NCBI GenBank assembly: GCA_951406725.2
Contig: OX597818.1
Location: 105,400,001 to 105,464,000, forward strand
DNA length: 64,000 nucleotides
Reading direction: 5' to 3'
Origin: Octopus vulgaris
Taxonomy: Eukaryota
In this document: piece after piece, positions 11,133-23,702 of the stretch
Numbering within the stretch: position 1 is the first letter of the stretch
Layout: every line of letters starts with the position of its first letter
Notes under the pieces: generated by a model
Told to the model about the DNA's origin: nothing
Databases searched by the model: none
Seen by the model: only the letters and a program-made list of their open reading frames with translations
Position numbers and translations under genes: made by a program

Positions 11133-11135
<3 letters not shown>
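10950..11135 (-). mobile_element. RTE-type 3' UTR/tail copy
   Basis: Reverse complement of the 1-241 element. Confidence 0.85.
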
Positions 11136-11192
<57 letters not shown>

Positions 11193-11253
11193 AATAGTAA
11201 TAGTAGTAGTAGTAGTAGTAGTAGCAGTAGTAGTAGTAGTAGTAGTAGTAGTA

Positions 11254-12379
11254 GGGAATATAATTCCAAACTTACAGGGTAAAATTCAATTTAGCAATTC
11301 TAAATCTAATTTCACAATATATATATATATAATTTAGAGAAAAACCTCTATTAAACAACTCAATAGTGAAAGACGTTATTCAGACCATATAGAAAAGATA
11401 TACTATAAAAACCTTATTCTAATAATCAATAAAGTACATAAACAATAAATAGTAAATAGTAGTAAAAAGACTATATGCGTTTCATGGCTATATTTTCAAA
11501 TAGATAATAAAACAAACTCAATTCGATCTAAAATTAAATCTATTTAAAAATATAGTCACTCATCAGGTCTAAAATAATAATAATAATAATAGAATAAATG
11601 TACGTATCTTAACTCATGCTTATTATCAAATAAATATAGAAAAATATGTGTATTAACTATAAATAATTGAAAAACATTTAACAATATTTCTTAAAATAAA
11701 AGCATAACTTATCTTATCAAAGAATTTCTGTTAACTAAAAATTTAAATGTAATACATAGAACTTAGCATTTATAAGAAATATATCACGTGAAAATATGGC
11801 ATAAATAAAAAATTATAGAATAAAAAGATAGAAATATGTATTTAAGCTATTAAAATTACAAACTGTATTTTAGCTGTGAGAATAAGAAAAAATTAATTGT
11901 AATATACCATTTACTCGAAAAACTGTAAAATCTAAATAATTTAAAACAAAAATACATAATATACATAAATTAAGCTAAATTTCTATAATTTAATCTATTT
12001 TCATACATTAATTTATTTATTTTATAAACATCTGAGTTTCATCTTATTCTAATTATGTAATATACACTATATAATCTGGTGCTAATTTATACACATTTTA
12101 CTACTAAAAATTATAACTACAGCAATTAGTAACATAAAACAGGGTTTATATATATACACAAATTAGCTAAACTTATTATATAAGTAATTTAACTTACGTC
12201 TACATTTAATTTTTCATTTTTTCAATTAAGAAATCATTGACAGATAATATAGGTAAAAGAATATCGTTACTTTCTTCTAATTTTGAGATTTTCCCAAAAC
12301 GCACACCTTATAATGAAGCCCTGCAGGAAGCAGGATATAGTAGTAATATTAAATTCTTTAATAATTCTAATTCTAATTA

Positions 12380-12383
<4 letters not shown>
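11254..12383. mobile_element. Rearranged Penelope-like element remnant between microsatellites
   Basis: + strand IGKRISLLSSNFEIF..PYNEALQEAGY resembles the PLE RT thumb; hammerhead on - strand at 11468-11570. Confidence 0.7.
11468..11570 (-). ncRNA. Type I hammerhead ribozyme with long stem II
   Basis: AGAC-CTGATGA-[~22 bp stem GTGACTATATTTTTAAATAGAT / ATCTATTTGAAAATATAGCCAT]-GAAAC-GCAT-ATA^GTCT; stem I AGAC/GTCT is perfect. Confidence 0.75.
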
Positions 12384-12428
<45 letters not shown>

Positions 12429-14146
12429 ATGTGTGTGTGTGTATGTATATATGTGTGTATGTATGTATGTATGTATATATTCCTTCTTAGGCTCCCAACA
12501 CAAACCAGTACACATAGCCTTTTCTTCTCAAAATGTTGATCTTCTGGAATTTCTTCCCTGACTGTTTGTCTTGCAGCTGTCAACTTGCAACTTATTCAAG
12601 AGAAATACTAATTTCGTTGACCTTACTGGTCTCAGAGGGACCTGTGAAAGCTATGACCAGAGCCCCTCTCTCAAGAGCAAGGCAACAAAAGAGATAAAAC
12701 AAAAAAGGAAAAAAGAAAAGACCGGATTCCTATCATTTGTTTTATAACAGTATTGTTGCAGGAGTTTTGTTTGACAGTGTCATGTGACCGAAGTCAGCAG
12801 TCTTGGGTTGAAGAGTATTTAACGAAGCTGCTGCCTTTTCAGGAAAGTGAAGTTTGCTTTGTTTCAATGACAATGTAATAATAGTGGTGCTACTGGCAGG
12901 GTTTTGAGAATTTATACAGTCTGATACAGATGGAAAAGCCAATACTCTATAAATATTTTCTCAATTTTGTTTTGTAATAAGCTGGAGAAGGCTGCTTAAT
13001 TATTGCTAATACAAACTGTCAAACTAATTACTATGTTAATAGGTGGAATTATATTCTAATATACTTCCTTAGTGACAAAGGGAATGACATCCTGCAAAGA
13101 AACAAGAGGAGTTAAATATTTCCTATTTCTCAGAAACAGCAGAGTGCCAGAATAAACGGTAAGCAGAAGTGTGGCTGACTAAATTCTTTTCACAACCAAG
13201 GAATCCTTTTATTTAAAGGTATTTTCTCCTAGACTCAAAGCTTTTGAAAGGTACGATCTACTCAATAAGCTTATTTTGTTAACTAACAACAAACTTGTCT
13301 CAGCTCAGTTTCATCGTTTAAGCTGGAAGATATATGAAACTAATTAATTATATGTTTTACACTGCAGCATTGTAAAAGTTTTGAACACATTTCACAGACA
13401 CTCCCACTCTCCCACCATATTACCTCTGTTTGCCCCACCACCCACTGGTACCTGTTAATCCTAAATTAGGAACAGCGGAACAGCTGCTTTACAGTATTAG
13501 TCTTGTTTCTCTGTGCTCTGTGTCCAAAACTCACCAGTGCTACTCTTTCACATTCATGTAGTCAAATCCTGTTTCCTTTATCCCCTAAGGTTAATGATGC
13601 ATCTGTCAACCCCAACTTTTTCAACTAACAATTTTCACAAACCACACATCTCTAGCTTGATTGAATTATTTCTAGTATTCTTCATCTTTACCTTTCAGCT
13701 CTGTGTAAAACATAGGCTCTCAACATATAACTTCCAAGTCCTTCTCTTATCTTGTGTAATTGTTCTCTCTATTGGCATCCCTAGAAGAATGTCATCAGTC
13801 ACTGAGACAGAGAAATTCCTTCCTTGCCTATTGAAACAGGTAGGTTTGTTTTGCTTTCTCTTGATATTTTCATTGCAAAAAATGTTTTTAATGCAGCAAA
13901 CCTGTTAGCCATATACACAACCACCAACCTGAAAGACTATATATTTTATAATCAGATGAAGCTAATTGAGCCAGATTTCTACAGCTGGTTGCCTTTCTTG
14001 TTACTGACCCTTACCTGCTTCCAAGCAAGATAATGTTTCCCCATAGCCAGTCATGTTTATGCCAAATATTGGGAATGAATGACATCCATTTATAAAACTC
14101 ACGTGATGTCAAGACAAGGAAACACATCTGCGCTCACACATAGATT

Positions 14147-14195
<49 letters not shown>

Positions 14196-15999
14196 TGGAG
14201 GAATAAAGGTAGAATGAGGTATTTTTGCCTCTTGGCTGAAACAGCTGTAAGTTATTTTCCCAATTTATATTCCTGTATGTTATATTTTAATAATTACTGG
14301 TATCTGTATATAATAATATATTTTTATATGTAAAGCATAATATGTTATACATGTATATTCTTGTAATTGTCATTTTAGTAAATAGATAAGTTGACATAAT
14401 ATGTCTAGAAGTTGATGAACCACCTATTGATCCCCTCCATTTTCTTATTGCTCTCTCTCTCTCTCTCTCTCTCTCGAAACTACACCTGATTATATATACA
14501 CTTTAGATGAGTTGTAGTGCACCTGAGCACTGTACACAATTATTATTATTATTATTATTAAAACTTCCATGCTTTCTGAGATTCGCCAACACTACACCTG
14601 ATTTCCTCCCCTCCATACACACACAAGCATGTATCTGACTCATACATTGTTCGCTTTCCAGACATTTGTATATTACTGCATACACTTTATACGCACTTTC
14701 TGACAAGTTGTGGTGCACCTGAGCACTGTATACAATAATTTCATTATTATTATTTATATATATATATATATATATACACACAAACACATACATACACACC
14801 CAACACATACACACCCATGGCCAGTCATGTTTATGCCAAATATTGGGAATGAATGACATCCATTTATAATCCTCACGTGATGTCAAGTCAAAGAAACACA
14901 ACTGCGCTCACACATAGAATTTATATATATATATGCACACACACATATATAAATTTAAAATAATTAGAGGCATAGATTAATGAAATAATACACAAAACAT
15001 TCAGTAACAACGATAAACATAAAAAATACACAAAGAAATTAACTCTAAAATATCTCTTGTAGCAATATCTAGTAGTCACTGTTAATTATTGTCTGAGGGT
15101 TCAATGAAGATATTTGCTTGTGATCTCGTTTTCCACAACCTCACACATACAAAGAATACGTATTTGTAACTTGCTATTATTTGTTCTAAAACAAATTATG
15201 GTGTCTATCACCTCCTTCACTGAGTTTCAGTGGACTTCTTGTAAAGATGTTGTTGTTGTTGTTTAGTCACAAACTGTTTCTTGGACAACATTATCCATTG
15301 TGTCATTCTTTAAAAGTAATAGGATATTTTTTAGGAGTGATTTGGCTGGTACTTCAAGCAAGTAGATCAACCACATTGATGGTCTCTGGCAGAACATTTG
15401 CTTCATGGCATGAAACTTTTAGTTATTTATTACTGATAAGATAATCTGTGTAAATATCATCAACTCTCATACACATTAGGTAGCAGGGGGTCCTGAACCT
15501 ATCAAAAATGAACAATTTACTATCTAGGCTTCTAATATAGAATTACCTGCAGATTCATATGGATGAACATTCCTTATGATTGACATGTTAATCCTATGTT
15601 CAGCTGAAGATTCTAAGGGTCCAATGAAGATAGTAGCACCATGCACATATACCATATCAACTACTCTATAAAGAACATACCTACACTTTGCAATAGCCTA
15701 TACATGAGAATGCTCCCATGAAAATGCTCCTGGAGAGCATTCTTATGTATATGTTGTTAACAGTTCTAGTTGAACATATGCATTGGATGGCCTTATCTTT
15801 TTCTGAAATGACAGCTTCTGTCACTGAACACTACAAAAGACAGACAGGCAAATACCTACCTGTCTTTGTATCTTAGAAACCCAGCACCCTTTGAAGCTGA
15901 CCTCCTAGATCAAATATCTGTATTTACTTACATAAAATTTCATAAGTACACTAACCTTTTCTGAGTTAAACTAACACTAGAAAATTTAGAAAATCAAAG

Positions 16000-16350
16000 A
16001 AACAGATTTGTCTTTTCTGATAAGACTAAACATGTATAAGTAGTAGAGCGAGATAGATATGATGAATTGTTACATGAGGCTATAGAAAATATAAAAGGTA
16101 AACCAGACTTATAATGACATTGATGAAGAGGCAAAATATCTAAGTAAATTATGTCAAATTAACAATATTATAGAATGTTAACCTAAAAGGGAAGCATCTA
16201 TAGTTTTGAAAGACTTTAGATCTGACTTCACAAAATAATGCACTAGTAGGCTAGTAAACCTTACAAAAATGGATTAGTAGCCCCAAAATACTGTGGAATA
16301 TAAACAATACTAGGGAAGTTAAGATCATTCAATTTGATATAATGGACTTT
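16000..16350 (+). mobile_element. Decayed Penelope-like RT fragment
   Basis: PKREASIVLKDFRSDF..SRLVNL and IIQFDIMDF resemble PLE RT motifs (ITLKDHK..CRLINP; QFDIVDFY). Confidence 0.55.
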
Positions 16351-17620
16351 CATGCCTTCAAGTCAATCTTCATCACTTTGTCCCAAGTTTTCCTTTTCTC
16401 TCTCTTCTTTGGGCTTCATTAACTTGGAGGGCTAAGCACTTTTGTATGCAGCAATAACTTTCCATATGCATCACATGCCCATAGCAGTGCGATCTCCTCT
16501 CTTGTATATTACACTTGATTTCTTTTATACTCAGTTTTTTCCTTTAAGCTCAATTATATTCTAGCATTCATGCACATCAACATTACATATCAATCAGATC
16601 ATACTAGCATAATTTCTTTCTAATTTTTTGCTAGCCTTCAACATTCTTATTACCATTCTTACTACCATGCAATGTAACAGTCCTAACCAGAAGCATCCCA
16701 CAATGAGCCCTTCACACTGAGGGGAAAGATCCTTGTTGCCACTCGAGGTAGTAGCTTCCTGAACGTTTCCCAACCCATTCTTATCCTGATTAAACTTTCA
16801 GAGCAAACACCTCCCTTGCTAATTATGTCTCCTAGGCAACAAAAGCTATCAACTACTTTTAGTGAACCATCTGAGCATTTAAGAATCCTTTTTTCAGTAC
16901 ACCCATAGTACATATTTCTCCAAATCATTCTATGAGTATGCCTTTGATTTTGGTACACCTTTTATATATTCATAGCTTATACTAGGTACAGTGTATTGAG
17001 TTTATACTTACTCCTTTACTACATATCAAGCAAAGCTAGTTTCCTGATGATACTGGGATCCTATCTTCTTTCCTATCTAGCAAAACCTTAGTCTTTGTTA
17101 AGTTTACTCTGATGTCTCAATTTTAGGTTTGGCTTCCATGCCAGAAATTTCCTCTCTAATTCCACTCTAGATTCAGATTTGAGAACTAGATCTTCAGTAT
17201 ATAGGGTTTCTTATGGACAGAAATTCCTCTGTGATGGCCTGTTGAGCTAAGATAAATAGGAGATGGCTGAGGACCAAGACTTGAAGGACTCCTACCTTCA
17301 CATCAAATTTGTCATTGAAATCATTGTTGACTTTCACTTTACTTACTGCATTATTGTACATAGCTTGTAAAGACCTCACAAGCCATTCATCTACCCTTAG
17401 TTTCCTCATTGACCACCATTCTACTGAATGTGGTACTTTATCAGATGTCTTCTCCAAGTAGAAGGAGAGAGAAAGTTATCCTCAAAACAAAGACTTAGCC
17501 TTAATGTGTGCAACAGAATAAACTCTGCTAAAGTCACCCAAGGATCAGGTGGTAGTGTTGAACTGGGTGAAGGATTAAGTCTATTGCATAGGAAGGCCAA
17601 AGTGGGATTTGAATTCAGAA
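16350..17620 (-). mobile_element. Decayed RTE LINE RT fragment
   Basis: KVPHSVEWWSMRKLRVDEWLVRSLQAMY, KVGVLQVLVLSHLLFIL and VDSFCCLGDII...RIRMGWETFRKLLP. Confidence 0.85.
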
Positions 17621-18339
17621 TGGAAAGAATTGGGAAAAATACCACAATGCATCCAGACCAGTATTCTTCAATTCAGCTGAGCCAACACCCTAGAATGCTA
17701 CTTTGATTTTTAACAAAAAGTATGAAAAGCAAAGTTGACCAGCAAGATTTAAATTCAGATCAAAAAGAGTTGGAACTAATGTTGCAAGACATTTTATTTG
17801 CTGATCGAGTGATCTTTGCCAATAATATGCATTCCTAATATCTAGGCATAAAAATCTGAATAAAAAAACAATGTATATCGTACATGAATAAATATGGTAT
17901 ACTTGCATCTCAGTAACCCAATCAGTTATATTGCTTGGACACACTGTAAAAACAATTATAACTAATCTCTAAATTAAGTAGAAGGCTACACATTTGAGAG
18001 ATGGATAAAGACAATCAAATAGACTCACCTCTCCCTCGGTACTTTCCCAGTATTTATTTTATCAATACTGGAAAGATGAAAGGACAAAACAACTATAGCA
18101 ATATTTGAACTCAGAACATAAAGATATGCAACTGAATACTGTAAGGCATTTTGTACAATACTGTAACTATTCATTCCAACTAGCACTCTGTAGGGACACT
18201 GTATAATTGGTGGGGGTTTGTATTAATTTTATTTATGTTTCTTAATTTTAAAAATCATTGAATTAAAATAATTAAAAGATTACCATTTCCTATGTTTGTC
18301 TTTGCAGAAACAAACATCAAAATAAAGAACATTGTAACC

Positions 18340-19558
18340 ATGAAGCTTTTACTGATAGTTTTTATATGCATTATGTCAATATGCATCGTTAATACTACTT
18401 GTCCGGAATCATGCCAGTGCAACAAAGAACAAACAGAAGTTTCATGTGAGAGACAATCTCTAACATCAGTCCCTAAATCATTGCCGACAACTACAGAATC
18501 TCTCAAATTGGCTTATAATTTACTACGAGAAATTACAGCAGAGTCTTTCAAAAATTTAGTTAAACTGAAAAAACTGGTTTTAACATCAAACAAAATTTCA
18601 GTTATCAGAAAAAATAGTTTTAAATACCAATCCAAACTGGTCTCTCTTTACTTGATCAACAATATCATCCATACCATTGAAAATGGTTCTTTTGTTGGGG
18701 CCATTTCTTTAGCTAGTATTTATCTGAATTCAAATCAACTAAAAGATGTTCCGTGTCTTTATGGTTTAATCTCATTGAAACAGCTACTCATAAATGCCAA
18801 TCAAATTTCAGAAGTATTCTTTCCTGCTGAATATAGGCAAATAAAAACTCTCACTTATATAAATCTTTCTAATAACAAAATAAACCGTCTTACTGTTAAT
18901 TCTCTTATGAATTTAAATGAGTCAAATATAAAGAAGATCTCATTTTCAAGAAATCAAATCACAAATATTGAACCAGAAACATTTCAGGTCCTAAGAAACA
19001 TAGATTGTTTAAAAATTGGAATAAACCCTTTCACAGCAGATGTCCTTAAAAATTCTCTCTATGCAATGAGAAATTTTAACCTTCGCTCTTTGGATCTTTC
19101 TGGATTAAACAAGATAAATGTTCTTGCAGGTAATATATTTGAAGCATTACAAAACACTTCCCTTCAAACATTAATCTTAAGTCGCAGTAACATCTCACAT
19201 GTCAGTAGCGACACATTCAAACTATTAGATTCTCTTGAAGTTCTGAATCTAGAATTTTGTCAAATTACCAGTTTAGAAGAATCTACATTCACAAATTTGA
19301 CTCATTTAAGAAGGCTCGTTCTGAATGGCAATTACATATCTAAGCTAACAGCAGTTTTCCCATCGAAACTACTTTATTTGAACTTGAACGGTAATAAGAT
19401 TCAGAGAGTCCCAAGCAAAGTTTTTGATGAGCTGTTTCATTTGACAGAACTTCACCTACAGTACAATAAAATTGTACAGTTCGACAAAGATGCATTTATA
19501 GGCCTGGAGAATCTCAAGATTTTGAAGTTACAACACAATCGTATTAATGTTATTCCAG
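18340..19558 (+). CDS. Toll-like receptor, coding exon 1 (signal peptide, LRRNT, LRRs)
   Basis: MKLLLIVFICIMSICIVNT signal peptide, CPESCQC LRRNT, many LxxLxLxxN repeats; donor CAG|GTGAGT at 19558/19559 (phase 1); acceptor TTTGCAG at ~18307 implies an upstream UTR exon. Confidence 0.93.
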
Positions 19559-20329
19559 GTGAGTAATAAAAGTTATCTTTTAAAGCAGACAAATAGCATT
19601 ATGCTTTATTGAGTCTCAAGAAAGAGACACAGTTGATTTTGATGGTGGTGTGCCACCCTCCTGGCTGAGGAGTAAAAACAAAATGCCTCAGTAGATATAG
19701 TGCTGAACAACTAATCCTTATGTTAAAGTATTCTTCAAGCACTTGTATATTTAGGTACAATGCTTGTTTATTTAGGGAGTGCATTTATGTATTTAGGGAA
19801 TTATACTTGTCTATTTAGGGATTTTCTTGTCAATTTAGCACTTAATTTTATATGCCTCAGTATTCAGTATCGTCTGAGAATGCTACTTATCAGAAACTAT
19901 CTTTTCATCTATTTGGAGCCTGAAATATGGAGGGCTGCACCATTTAAGCTCTATGAACAGGCTGTATCAAAGGCATACTGCTATAAAAAGTGACAAGGGT
20001 AAGAAAGTTAGATGATTTGCTATATAAACTTTAATTAGAGGTATTAGTTAGAGTTTGTGAGGAGAGACTACTGCAATGGATGTAATTTTCTAGATGAAGA
20101 AAAACCCTGTTATTTAATATTATAGCATCAGGTCAGTCATGACTGAGCAGAACAATGACTGTTGATGTTCCAGCTTTGAGCAACCTTTCCTTTTAGTGGG
20201 TATTTCTAGTGCTACATTTGCCAATGCTTCCTTCCTTTTTTAAGACAGAGGGCTTGGAATTTTGAGGAAAGTATCATGGTTTGTGAATACATTATACATG
20301 AGGGAATGAAAGAAAGTAGTAAAGTTCCT

Positions 20330-20562
20330 TCCTGAGTCTTGTAGACTCATAGGGATAGTTTCCATGGCATGTATATATTCCCCACCTAGACAGGACACTA
20401 GTCTGTTGCAGGATTACTCATTTTTGCCAGCCGAGTGGACTGGAGCAAAATGAAATGAAGTGTTTTGCTCAAGAATACAACGTGTCAGTTGGTCCAGATA
20501 TCAAAACCACGATTTTACAATTATGAGTCCAACACCCTAACCACTATGCCACATCCCTCCAC
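20330..20562 (-). mobile_element. tRNA-derived SINE in the TLR intron
   Basis: Minus strand begins with an A box TGGCATAGTGG and a decayed B box, followed by TTGAGCAAAACACTTCATTTCA. Confidence 0.7.
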
Positions 20563-20845
20563 TATGCATGAGGGAAGTAGAACTAAAATCAAGATAAAAT
20601 AAGTTATTGAAGGGTAAGATACATATGTTTTGGGTTTATAGAACAACTTATTCTTACATCAATGCATAATTGATATATGAACGAAGTAAGGTGTGAGGAA
20701 AAGGTGCCGCCATCGGTCAAGGCTGCTGCACAACTAATGTGCAATGCCTGGAACAGGGTATGAGGATAATGAAAACATGTACCTGACATTATGATTATAG
20801 AACGTTGTGATGTATGATGCAATGTTTATCTATTATTTCTTGCAG

Positions 20846-22125
20846 GTGGTTTATTTTCTACATTGGCTGGTCTGTCAGATTTACGACTTGGTTCCAATGA
20901 CATAACTACTATACCTGAAGAAATTTTCATCAGACTAAAATCCCTGAGTATTCTGGATCTATCCAATAATCATATTTCCAAGATGCCCAAAAGTTTTTCA
21001 AAAGAGTTAACTCGAATAAGAGAATTATATTTAGATTCTAACAAACTTGGGAAATTCTTATCTACTGACAAAAAGGGCTTCCTGCTGAGTGGTCTTAAAA
21101 ATTTGGAAAGAATTGATTTATCTTATAATGAAATTCAAGGCCATTTGTCTAAGAAAATCTTTCAAAACAATAAACATCTGAAATATATCAATTTCAAGGG
21201 AAATAAAATTACTGGATGGGAAAACAACACATTTGAGGTAACAAATTTAACACTGATGGAACTTGATGTCAGTAATAACTTCATAATTACTTTTGATAGT
21301 GATTCTTTAAAGTATATAAACAGAAAGAAAAAGTTCAACATTACTTTGAACCCATTTGCATGTGACTGCAATCTTCGTTGGTTCAGGGACTGGTTAAATA
21401 CTACAACAGTAGATATTGTAGACAAAAACGACTTGATGTGCAACAGTCCTCCAGATTGGCAGGGCAAGAAATTACTTGATTTCAGTCGGTCAAAGATAGA
21501 TTGTACTGACTATACGCTTTACTATATCTTAGCTGGTGGAGGTGGAGGTTTTCTCTTAACTGTTGTCATAGTTATATTTGCATACACTAAACGTTGGTAC
21601 ATCAAATTTAAGCTGTTTAAACTTTATCAGTATGTACAGAAATCAGGCAATGAAAATGAGTGTGAAGCTGTACCTGGAGATGACATGTATTTTGATGGGT
21701 ACATCAGTTACTCTGACAAAGATGGTGAATGGGTTGAAAAGTATTTGATGCACACGTTTGATAATGGAGAAAATGGAGAAAATAAGAACAATGGAAACTT
21801 TAAACTTTGCTTCCGAAACAGGGACTTTGCTTATGGAAAATATATTATTGGAATGATAGAAAGTTCTCTGGCTGTGAGTAAGAAAATGATAGTGGTTCTA
21901 ACACCATATTATAAAAAAGACAAGAGATGTGAATTTGAATTGCAACTTGGTATTATGAAGCTTAATATAAGAAATGTGATGCCTATTGTGCTCAAAAACT
22001 TACAACCAAATCAGATTCCCAATAGTCTGAAAGAAATCTTTGAAACAAATAAATTTATTGAATGGGACAATAATGAGTATGCTACAAATTTTATAAAACG
22101 TAAACTGGAAAATTTCCTTAATTAA
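20846..22125 (+). CDS. Toll-like receptor, coding exon 2 (LRRs, LRRCT, TM, TIR)
   Basis: Acceptor TTCTTGCAG|GT in frame with exon 1 (..VIPG-GLFSTL..); NPFACDCNLRWF LRRCT; hydrophobic TM; TIR boxes FDGYISYS, RDFAYG, CEFEL, FIEW; joined protein 832 aa. Confidence 0.95.
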
Positions 22126-22162
22126 CAGAACCTCTAAATATATATAGTTCATAACTATTAAG

Positions 22163-22211
<49 letters not shown>

Positions 22212-22527
22212 TCTTTAAGAGTCAGCTTGTAAATTCATGATGCAATATAAGCCAGTTATTTCGGTGGTATAAAGACAAATTAAAAGATAACTTAGAGTGA
22301 AAACTTTGAAAATCTTGCTGGAGAGAGTGCATTTTTCCAGTTTCCAAATTTCAAATTTCAAAAGGTACTTCATCCAGAGTAGTTACTGGAAAAGAGGAAA
22401 AGAATCAAGAAAACAAAAGTCTTCCTGCAAAGCATCATTGTTCACATTGTAATTTTCCGTTTGTTGTCTTTTTATTTAATCCTGAAAATATTTTATATGT
22501 AAAGCAAGTACTCATTAATTTTTTACC

Positions 22528-22586
<59 letters not shown>

Positions 22587-22650
22587 TCAGGGTGAATACT
22601 TGATAAATGTAAGCACCTGTATATGCCAGTTAGTGGCATAGGTGATAGGA

Positions 22651-22958
22651 TATATGTATCAAATGAAATAAATGAAAAACAGGACGCAAAGGATTTAGCG
22701 ATACATATGTTTTGGGTTTATAGAACAAATTATTCTTACATCAATGCATAATTGATATAATAGATAGATTGTACGCGGCTGAAGAAGGTTTTTGATCTAT
22801 CTATTATATCAAATTTTTGTTGTTTTTGTAAAATCTCAGAAAATAATTAAAAATTCACATTTTTTATCAAATTATTATGTAAGAATAAGTTGTTCTATAA
22901 ACCCGAAACATATGTATCGCTAAATCCTTTGCGTCCTGTTTTTCATTTATTTCATTTA

Positions 22959-22967
<9 letters not shown>
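22651..22967 (+). mobile_element. TA-flanked fold-back element containing a hammerhead motif (22775-22920)
   Basis: ~90 bp inverted arms (22651-22741 / 22877-22967) and an inner 18 bp inverted repeat; GCGG-CTGAAGA-AGGTTT...AAACCC-GAAAC-ATAT-GTA^TCGC. Confidence 0.75.
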
Positions 22968-23018
<51 letters not shown>

Positions 23019-23021
23019 ATC

Positions 23022-23654
23022 TATAGTTCATAGATGAGAATCAGATATTCCCAATATAGAATACACTTAGTAGTGCTCAAGAGATTTAAACTTGAGCAGG
23101 TATAGAAATAATTGTAGGGATAAGAAAGTTGAACAGATCAATATATAAAGTATATCAAATACATGAAATACAAAAAAATGTATATATATGTTTACATACA
23201 AAAAGGTCCTACTTACAGAGAATACGAATAACATAGAGAATTAAAGGTGTTGAAGAAAACTAATACAAATCCAACAGCTGTTTCTGGGGGCTCAGTGGTT
23301 CAAAATAATGTTTGTAGATTAATTCCATTGTAGAATGAGACTAGCCTCCATCTTCAGGGAAAAGATCTTATGTTTGAGGTGTTGGAGGAAAGAAGTTCAA
23401 AGATGGAATGATTTTTGTGGAGAGTTAAGTGTATTAGCAGGGAATTGGGGAGGTATTCAGAGAGAGAATAGTAGAAGGAGAAAATAAATTTCATGTAAAC
23501 ATATGTACATTTTTGTATTTCATGTATTTAATATACTTTATATATTGATCTGTCTAATTTATCCCTACATTTACTTCTATACCTGCTCAAGTTTAAATCT
23601 TTTGAGCACTACTAAGTATAATCTATATGGGACTATCTGATTCTCATCTATGAA

Positions 23655-23659
<5 letters not shown>
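23022..23659 (-). mobile_element. TA-flanked fold-back element with ~175 bp arms and a central hammerhead (23270-23360)
   Basis: Arms 23022-23197 / 23493-23659; minus strand TCC-CTGAAGA-TGGAGGCT...AGCCCCCA-GAAAC-AGCT-GTT^GGA. Confidence 0.8.

Positions 23660-23702
<43 letters not shown>

Noticed and set aside
18292-18339. Upstream ATG as TLR start
   Set aside because: It lies within a polypyrimidine/acceptor tract; the signal peptide begins at 18340
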